Positions 8,577 to 15,859 of a DNA stretch of 64,000 nucleotides are shown here, piece by piece. The stretch's first letter is position 1, and every line of letters starts with the position of its first letter. The position numbers and the translations under genes are program-made. The notes beneath the pieces were generated by a model. The model was given only the letters and a program-made list of their open reading frames with translations. It made no database searches and was not told the origin of the DNA. This stretch comes from Bacteroidetes bacterium CG2_30_33_31 (GTDB lineage: Bacteria; Bacteroidota; Bacteroidia; Bacteroidales; UBA1556): the NCBI GenBank assembly GCA_001872625.1, contig MNXP01000049.1, forward strand, positions 36,142 through 100,141, read 5' to 3'.

Positions 8577-11500
8577 TTGAGGATCACAATCAAACATATT
8601 TTATTAATAATCATGTTATCAGGCATTTATTCTGCCTTTAGTCAAGATTTACATCTAAAAAATGAAGCTGATTTAATAAAAAAAGCTGATAATTTATTCA
8701 AAAAGGAAGAATATGTTCAAGCATTTTCCATGTATCAAACACTACTTTCAAACCACAAAGATGATGCTGAATATAATTTTAGATATGCTGTTTGTCTTAT
8801 GTTTTCTGATAGGAGCGACAAAACCAAACCAATATTTTACCTCGAAAAAGCTGCAAACTCACCTGATATCGACAGTAGATTATATTATTTTCTTGGTAGG
8901 GCATACCAAATGAATTACCAATTTACCGATGCAATTGAGTCGTATAACAAATATAAAGAGAAATCGCGCTCGGCTATTGTAGAGAAATATAATATTAATA
9001 GAAGGATTGAAGAGTGTGATAATGGGATTCTTCTACTTGAAAAAGTTAGAGGAATTTATGTAATTAGTAATGTCGAAGTGAAGGAAACATCCTTTTATCG
9101 CTCTTATAATCTTGAAAATGCTAGTGGGAAAATAATAGTTCTGCCAGAAGAATTAAGAACAAAATATGACCAAAAAAATGACGCTCCAACAACTGCTTTT
9201 TATGTTTCAAAAGTTGGATTGATATATTTTACAAGTTATGGTGAAAAAAATGTAAGCGGTTTGGATATTTATCGAGCACATCAAAATCCTGATGGGACAT
9301 GGGCTAAAGCTGAAAAAATTAGCGATGAAATCAATACTCCTTTCGACGATGCATATCCTTATGTTTCGCCAGATGGTTCCAGCTTATATTTTTCTTCCAA
9401 AGGTCATAATTCTATGGGCGAATATGATATTTTTAAATCTGTATTTAGCTTGGCTTCCTTTTCTTGGACAAAACCAGTGAATCTAAGTTTTCCAGTAAAT
9501 ACACCTTTTGATGAAATTATGTTCGTTCCTGATACCAACAATATCTACGCTTATTTTTCAAGTAATCGTAACAGCATTAAGGGTTTAATAGACGTTTACA
9601 GAATTGGGCTCAACAGAAGGCCTGAAGAAGTTATTAATTTAGCTGGTATTTATAAAGGTCAAGGAGACCTAAAAATTGGAATTGAACAGGTAAAAGAAAT
9701 GGCAAATCTTCAGGCAAATATTCAATGGGATGCCTATAATAATAAGCCTGTTAAACACAATGACTTTATCGCTGTCAGTGGCAATGACTCTAATCAAATA
9801 CAACCTCTCAGAGTAAATGATGAAAGAAATGAAATTACTTTGTCGAAAAGTGAGGCTGTAGATTCTGTTTTTAATATTTATAAAAAGTTAAAACTTAAGG
9901 AAGCTGAACTGAATGAACATAAATCATATATCAGCAAAACTGGCTCAGAAAATTTGGAAGCTTCGGTTGCAGCTATTGCTGATGGATATGAACCTAATTC
10001 AGTGAAGGTAAGACAATTAATAAAGAATTCTGAATTATGTAATGAAATTTCTAAATCATTAGATATTCAAATAAGCCGAACAATTACTGCTTACAACGCT
10101 GTTATTAATATGACTGGCCCTCTGCAAAAATATGCGATAAGCGAGCAATATGATTCAATTTATTCAATTTTAAATAAGAGTCAAAAAATCTTTGATATTA
10201 TTGAAAATCAGCCAAATGTAACGGGAGAAATCCTCGCAGTGGAACAAAATAAAGTTTCAAAAATTCGAGAACAAGCTTCTGAATATTTTAATCAAACAAA
10301 GAAAATTGATACCGAAATTGATAATCTTGAAAAGGAAAAAAATGAATATGCAGAGGCAGCAAGGACTTATACAGACGCAATCACTAAACAAGATTATATG
10401 GACATGGCAAAAGCTATGGATGGTCCAATTTCAAAAAAGAAAGCAGAAAAAGATAAAGTTTCTTCTCAATGGAAATTAACAAGAAATTTGGCAGATAGCA
10501 TAGGTGATAATCTTGCATTAAGTAGCTCAATTATTGATAACTATACAGCCAATAATGATTTGATTAAAAACGAGAATCAAGAAAATATTGCGAAGTTTAT
10601 TCACGATAAAAAGCTTGAAAATCAAAATGCTTACGGAGTAATTGCAGATAAAAATCAGGTTGCAGCCAATGAATTACCAAAAAATAATGAAAATATTAAA
10701 ATAGTTCAAGAGCAAAAGAAGAAGCAAGAAGCTGATTCACTGGCAAATATTGCTTTGGAAAATCAGGGAAAAGAGAAAGTTCAAATTAATTTAGTTCAAG
10801 AGCAAAAGAAGAAGCAAGAAGCTGATTCACTGGCAAATATTGCTTTGCAAAATCAGGAAAAAGAGAAAGTTCAAATTAATTTAGTTCAAGAGCAAAAGAA
10901 GAAGCAAGAAGCTGATTCGCTGGCAAATATTGCTTTGGAAAATCAGGGAAAAGAGAAAGTTCAAATTAATTTAGTTCAAGAGCAAAGGAAGAATCAAGAA
11001 TCTGATTCGCTGGCAAATATTACTTTGGAAAATCAGGAAAAAGAGAAGGTTCAAATTAATTTAGTTCAAGAGCAAAAGAAGAAGCAAGAATCTGATTCGC
11101 TGGCAAATATTGCTTTGGAAAATCAGGAAAAAGAGAAAGTTCAAATTAATTTAGTTCAAGAGCAAAAGAAGAATCAAGAAGCTGATTCATTGGCAAATAT
11201 TGCTTTGGAAAATCAGGAAAAAGAGAAAGTTCAAATTGCTTTAGTTCAAGAGCAAAAGAAGAAGCAAGAATCTGATTCGCTGGCAAATATTACTTTGGAA
11301 AATCAGGAAAAAGAGAAGGTCCAAATTGCATTAGTTCAAGAGCAAAGGAAGAAGCAAGAATCTGATTCACTGGCAAATATCGTAGTAAATTCTCAAGTGA
11401 AAGTAAATAGACAAGATTCAATAAATGAAATAATTGCTGAGCTTGAAAATCAAAATGTTAATAAAGAAAAAGATACGAACTCAATTAATAAGGCAATTAG

Positions 11501-14500
11501 TCTTTTAAATGATACTTCCGAACAAATGATTCTCACTGCAAACCAAAATAGAATATTGGCAGCGAGTTTAATTGAGAGCTCAAAAAGCAAATCAAATTTT
11601 CTTTTAGGAATAGCTTCTGAAAAAGTAGATTTATCATCTTCACTAATAATTAAAATTGATGATTTGGAGAAAAGGAGAGCAACAGAATCCGACAGTCTCA
11701 AGAAAATTTTAATAGTTAATCAACTAAACAAGAATAAGTTAGAACTTTTTAATTTGGAAACTGAAGCAGAGACAGCCTATAAAATTTCAAAATCTATTGA
11801 TGCAAAAGCTAAAGACGCAGCAATTACATTAGATGAAATTAATGCTGCATCTGACTCTTTAGAATTATTAGTTCAAAATGGTCAAATTGAAAGTGCAAAT
11901 GAACTTTCGGATAAAATTGAAAATGATTTGTCGTATTTAAATCAGCAACTTTCCATTGATGCTAATGAACAGGACGAAAAATTAAATTTGAAAAGTCAAC
12001 TTGATGATATTGTTTCTGACGTAAAAAATTCTAAAAATCAACTTGCTGAATTAAACTTAAATTATAAAAAAATAGACATTTCTAAGCAGTCGAAGGATTC
12101 AATTTCAAGCTTAATAATTGATAAACAAAAACAGATTACTGACCTTAATAAAGACTATGAATTTACCTATAAAAAGATAAATAATTTAGAAGCATCTGAG
12201 AGAATTATTCAACAGCTTAACAACGCTGATACTTCAATAATTGATTCTTATGAACCATCATTTATAGTTTTAAATAACATCAGTCAAAATATTGTTAATA
12301 AGAGAGATAGTGTTATTTTTTCTGAAGCAATTATTTCAACAATAATAGATGAGAAGAAAGAAAATAATGAAGTTTTTATAGCAAAAATAGAGACTGATAC
12401 TGTAGCTAATTTTCCAATGATAAAATACACAACAGATGAACAAAATCAGGCTGCTGAAAGTTATTTGAATCCTGTTGTGTTGAAAATTAATTCCACTCAA
12501 AGTAAGGTAAAATCGACAAACCAAAGCATAATTACATCATCAAATTTAGCAAGTGATTACTTTATAAAGGCGGATAGTTTGAGACAAGAATCTGTAAACC
12601 TGTTGAATCAGCTGAAGAATTCTGAAAATTTGGAGCAATCAAAATTGTTGGCTGCAAAAATTGTTGAGAATCAAAAGGAAATTACCAATCTCCAACGAAA
12701 TGCCAGTTCAGCAAATATACTTGCAAATGAATATCAAAAGGCAAAAATTGATGATGAAAAGCAATTGAACAATCTTACAATAACATATAATGAGGTTGCT
12801 TCGAGCATTGAAAATAATGATTTTAATGCAGCAAAGGATAAATCAAATTTGAATATAAGCGAAAATCAAAATTCAATAAATTCTTCTGAGCAATTGGCAA
12901 TAAGTTTATGCAACGTTCTCGATAAGCGAAATGAGGTTTTAGATTCTAAAATTTCTAAATCAACTACCAATATCAACGATTTAATAAACAAACAGAAAGA
13001 AATTAAATCGCAAATTGAAGTTGTGGAAGATAATTCTTATTTGTCTGAAAATGAGCAAAAAAAAGCTAAATTAGAAATCAAAAAAGCAAAATTACAAAGT
13101 CAATTAGATGAAATAAATTTAGAAGTTGCGAAAATTAATACTGTCAGTGAGCCAATGAAAGCTCAAATTGAAACAAACAATAATTTAAAATCTAATTTAT
13201 TGACTATTGCCAAAGAGATTGATAAGCAGAAAAGCCAAAATTTGCAAGAAAATTCTCAAGTTTTATTAACAAATTCAAATATTGAACAAACAGTTGACAC
13301 AAGTATTTTTGCTTCAAATTCAGAAAGCAATAATTTATTGATTGCTCAAGTTGAACAAGTTTTTACTGAAAAGGATTCCTCAAATTCAATATATCTTTAT
13401 AGTAATAGTATTGATTTAGTGTATTTTAACAACACTGATATTTTCGCAGTAAAAAAATATTTGATTAATAATAAGCTGAATTTAATAAAGAAAAAGATTG
13501 AAGTATTAAGAATTTTGCGATCTAACTCCAGCAATATTGACGAGCGAATGGATATTGGGAATGAAATTTCTAAGCTTGAAAGCATGACTGATGATTTAAC
13601 TGATAAATTGGCTGAATACGAATTAAGTATCAATAATGGCATTTCTCATGGAGATAAAATTTCTTATAACGATAAGTCCATGACAAGTAATCAAGTAGCT
13701 CAAAGACTTAATTCACAGGCAGAAAAATTATTATTATCATCCGACTCATTAACCTCACTTTCAGAAATGCAGAAAAGATCTGTGAAAAATGGCATGAAGA
13801 CAAAAGCCAAAGTTTTGATGATAAAAGCAAACAAATTAACTACTGATGCTGCTGAGATTGTGGCAATTGCGAATAATAATACTTACATTGAAAACACAAT
13901 TGAATTAGCATCAATAAATAAATCAGATTCAAACGATATCAGAATAAAACAAGCAAATGAAATGATTGCTGAAAGTCAAAGAAAAGTTGAACAATCAATT
14001 CAAAATCGTGATGCTGCAAAGAATCCGAAATTGAGTACTGCAGAAAAATATAGCATACAACAAGAGGCAGCAAGTTTGGAACAAATAGCAATAAATGAAC
14101 AAAAACAGGCATTAGAAATCTATAAAAATAAATCTGTACAGGATTCTTTATTTATTGTATCTCAGCGCAATGCAGAAGAAATTCCAAATGATTTGCAAGT
14201 TGCAAAAGTTGAAAAGCCAAATACAGAAATTGTTACAAACCAGGTTGATAGTCTTGAGCAGAAAATCATAGAAAATCCTGAGGCAAATAATAATGAAATT
14301 GCTACAAACCAGGTTGATAGTCTTGAGCAGAAAATCATAGAAAATCCTGTGGCAAATAATAATGAAATTGTAAATCAAAGAAAAACCTATAATGTTGAAG
14401 CTATCGCCAAAGCAAATCCTATAGAATTAGCAAATATCAGCGTCGAATATCTTTCCCCTGAGGTTCGACAAGAAGTCGAAATGAGAAGATCTGAAATTGT

Positions 14501-15602
14501 TGGCATTTACCTTGAGAATGTAAACAATAATAATACAGCTTTTTACAATGAAAAAAATCCAATTGTAACTAACAAACCTTTACCTGAAGGATTGATTTAT
14601 AAGGTTCAGATTGCAGCTTTCAAACGCGAAGTTAATCCTATAAATCTAAAAGGAATTAAGCCAATAAATATCGAGAAAATTCAAAATTCGGCTTGGTTGC
14701 GATATATGGCTGGTTTATTTACAAGTTATGATGATGCATTAAGTGCTCGAAATCAGATTCGTGGTTTAGGGTTTAAAGATGCTTTTATAGTTCCTTATTT
14801 TAACGGCGAGAGAATTTCCATTGTAGAATCAAGGCTCCTAATTCAAAGAGGTGAAGCTTTCACTGATAAAGCTATTGTTGCCGTGGCTGAAAAGATTCAA
14901 AAAAATGTATATATCGCTACAAATGTACAACTTGCAAAAACTGAAAACCTTAGCATTTCAAATTCTAACTTGACTGATTTCGCTGTTCCTGAGCTTTATT
15001 ACACGGTTCAAATTGGTGTTTACGCAACACCAAGGACAAAAGAAATGCTCTTCAATATTTCAGATATTTTCTTCGATAGAACAAAAAAAGCTTATTACCG
15101 ATATTTTAGTGGAAAATACATTGACTATCAGGAGGCGATATCAAATAGAAACTTGATAAGAAATGCTGGTGTACCCGATGCATTTATCTTAGCATTTCAT
15201 AAAGGAGAAAGAATTTCAGTTGCCGAAGCTCGAAATATTGTTGTTGAGCAAAAGCCAGAGTTAATACCAGAGCCAAAGCCTGAAATTAAGGCAAATGAAT
15301 TAGAGATATTGGGAAACAAGCAAATAATAATTTATAAAGTTCAATTAGGAGCTTATAGAAATAATATTCCTATAGAAGTGGTGAATTCGCTTTTGCAAAC
15401 ATCAGTAAAAGGAATAGAAACTGAATTACAAGCTGATGGCATAACTATTTATTTGACAGGCAATTTCAGTAATTATCAAGATGCAAGAGCACTCAGAGAT
15501 GAGATTGTGAATAATGGTATTCCTGAAGCTTTTGTAGCAGCTTTTGCCGATGGAAAAAAGATAAGCATTGAAGAAGCTTTAAATATAAATGAGAATAAAT
15601 AG
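8577..15602 (+). CDS. giant exported envelope protein: signal peptide, TPR, PD40 (TolB-like) module, coiled-coil/low-complexity region of about 1,500 aa with tandem repeats, and three C-terminal SPOR-like domains
   Basis: Uninterrupted 2,341-codon ORF with a TTG start. Signal peptide MRITIKHILLIIMLSGIYSAFSQ. TPR-like LGRAYQMNYQFTDAIESYNKY. PD40 motif YPYVSPDGSSLYFSSKGHNSMGEYDIFKS. SPOR-like modules start at YKVQIAAFKRE, YTVQIGVYATPR and YKVQLGAYRNN, each ending in ..G.PDAF(I/V)....G..IS..EA. Confidence 0.9.
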   Translation: MRITIKHILLIIMLSGIYSAFSQDLHLKNEADLIKKADNLFKKEEYVQAFSMYQTLLSNHKDDAEYNFRYAVCLMFSDRSDKTKPIFYLEKAANSPDIDSRLYYFLGRAYQMNYQFTDAIESYNKYKEKSRSAIVEKYNINRRIEECDNGILLLEKVRGIYVISNVEVKETSFYRSYNLENASGKIIVLPEELRTKYDQKNDAPTTAFYVSKVGLIYFTSYGEKNVSGLDIYRAHQNPDGTWAKAEKISDEINTPFDDAYPYVSPDGSSLYFSSKGHNSMGEYDIFKSVFSLASFSWTKPVNLSFPVNTPFDEIMFVPDTNNIYAYFSSNRNSIKGLIDVYRIGLNRRPEEVINLAGIYKGQGDLKIGIEQVKEMANLQANIQWDAYNNKPVKHNDFIAVSGNDSNQIQPLRVNDERNEITLSKSEAVDSVFNIYKKLKLKEAELNEHKSYISKTGSENLEASVAAIADGYEPNSVKVRQLIKNSELCNEISKSLDIQISRTITAYNAVINMTGPLQKYAISEQYDSIYSILNKSQKIFDIIENQPNVTGEILAVEQNKVSKIREQASEYFNQTKKIDTEIDNLEKEKNEYAEAARTYTDAITKQDYMDMAKAMDGPISKKKAEKDKVSSQWKLTRNLADSIGDNLALSSSIIDNYTANNDLIKNENQENIAKFIHDKKLENQNAYGVIADKNQVAANELPKNNENIKIVQEQKKKQEADSLANIALENQGKEKVQINLVQEQKKKQEADSLANIALQNQEKEKVQINLVQEQKKKQEADSLANIALENQGKEKVQINLVQEQRKNQESDSLANITLENQEKEKVQINLVQEQKKKQESDSLANIALENQEKEKVQINLVQEQKKNQEADSLANIALENQEKEKVQIALVQEQKKKQESDSLANITLENQEKEKVQIALVQEQRKKQESDSLANIVVNSQVKVNRQDSINEIIAELENQNVNKEKDTNSINKAISLLNDTSEQMILTANQNRILAASLIESSKSKSNFLLGIASEKVDLSSSLIIKIDDLEKRRATESDSLKKILIVNQLNKNKLELFNLETEAETAYKISKSIDAKAKDAAITLDEINAASDSLELLVQNGQIESANELSDKIENDLSYLNQQLSIDANEQDEKLNLKSQLDDIVSDVKNSKNQLAELNLNYKKIDISKQSKDSISSLIIDKQKQITDLNKDYEFTYKKINNLEASERIIQQLNNADTSIIDSYEPSFIVLNNISQNIVNKRDSVIFSEAIISTIIDEKKENNEVFIAKIETDTVANFPMIKYTTDEQNQAAESYLNPVVLKINSTQSKVKSTNQSIITSSNLASDYFIKADSLRQESVNLLNQLKNSENLEQSKLLAAKIVENQKEITNLQRNASSANILANEYQKAKIDDEKQLNNLTITYNEVASSIENNDFNAAKDKSNLNISENQNSINSSEQLAISLCNVLDKRNEVLDSKISKSTTNINDLINKQKEIKSQIEVVEDNSYLSENEQKKAKLEIKKAKLQSQLDEINLEVAKINTVSEPMKAQIETNNNLKSNLLTIAKEIDKQKSQNLQENSQVLLTNSNIEQTVDTSIFASNSESNNLLIAQVEQVFTEKDSSNSIYLYSNSIDLVYFNNTDIFAVKKYLINNKLNLIKKKIEVLRILRSNSSNIDERMDIGNEISKLESMTDDLTDKLAEYELSINNGISHGDKISYNDKSMTSNQVAQRLNSQAEKLLLSSDSLTSLSEMQKRSVKNGMKTKAKVLMIKANKLTTDAAEIVAIANNNTYIENTIELASINKSDSNDIRIKQANEMIAESQRKVEQSIQNRDAAKNPKLSTAEKYSIQQEAASLEQIAINEQKQALEIYKNKSVQDSLFIVSQRNAEEIPNDLQVAKVEKPNTEIVTNQVDSLEQKIIENPEANNNEIATNQVDSLEQKIIENPVANNNEIVNQRKTYNVEAIAKANPIELANISVEYLSPEVRQEVEMRRSEIVGIYLENVNNNNTAFYNEKNPIVTNKPLPEGLIYKVQIAAFKREVNPINLKGIKPINIEKIQNSAWLRYMAGLFTSYDDALSARNQIRGLGFKDAFIVPYFNGERISIVESRLLIQRGEAFTDKAIVAVAEKIQKNVYIATNVQLAKTENLSISNSNLTDFAVPELYYTVQIGVYATPRTKEMLFNISDIFFDRTKKAYYRYFSGKYIDYQEAISNRNLIRNAGVPDAFILAFHKGERISVAEARNIVVEQKPELIPEPKPEIKANELEILGNKQIIIYKVQLGAYRNNIPIEVVNSLLQTSVKGIETELQADGITIYLTGNFSNYQDARALRDEIVNNGIPEAFVAAFADGKKISIEEALNINENK
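10704..11380 (+). repeat. in-frame tandem repeat: 7 full and 1 partial copies of a 90-bp (30-aa) unit
   Basis: Units start at 10704, 10794, 10884, 10974, 11064, 11154, 11244 and 11334. The consensus is VQEQKKKQE(A/S)DSLANI(A/T)LENQ(E/G)KEKVQI(N/A)L. Full copies differ from the first copy at only a few of 90 nt. Confidence 0.95.
14226..14363 (+). repeat. in-frame tandem duplication, 2 x 69 bp (23 aa)
   Basis: EIVTNQVDSLEQKIIENPEANNN is followed by EIATNQVDSLEQKIIENPVANNN. There are 2 nt differences in 69. A third unit starts at 14364 but diverges after 8 nt. Confidence 0.95.
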
Positions 15603-15643
15603 CATCTTTAATTAAATTTTTTTACCGCAATAAAAAAATATAA

Positions 15644-15651
15644 TACATTTG
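15644..15651 (+). promoter_or_regulatory. -7 promoter box TACATTTG placed just upstream of the TPP riboswitch
   Basis: Exact TAnnTTTG match. The riboswitch core GGGGTGC starts 17 nt downstream. Confidence 0.5.
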
Positions 15652-15760
15652 CCTTCGATTTCAATCAGGGGTGCCCTCTCGAATTTTCGAGTTATAATCG
15701 GGCTGAGACCATACTCTAATTACCTGAACCAGATAATGCTGGCGGAGGGAGAAGGGAGCG
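15652..15760 (+). promoter_or_regulatory. TPP (thiamine pyrophosphate, THI-box) riboswitch
   Basis: The conserved core elements appear in the right order: GGGGTGC (15668..15674), GCTGAGA (15702..15708), then ACCTGAACCAGATAATGCTGGCGGAGGGA (15722..15750), with a small internal hairpin ctcgaa-tt-ttcgag. The outer boundaries (P1) are approximate. Confidence 0.85.
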
Positions 15761-15859
15761 AAATTACACGTTCATTATAGCTCCTATGAGTAAACTTAAT
15801 AATCGCAATTATTGTACTCCTCAATAATTGTATAAGTTTAATCTAAATTTTTTTAAATC

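Noticed and set aside
10704-11380. A regularly spaced repeat array that could at first glance be a CRISPR locus.
   Set aside because: The units are directly contiguous with no unique spacers. The period is 90 bp with no palindromic repeat core. The array is in frame inside a 7-kb ORF and translates to a sensible 30-aa protein repeat. No cas genes are present.
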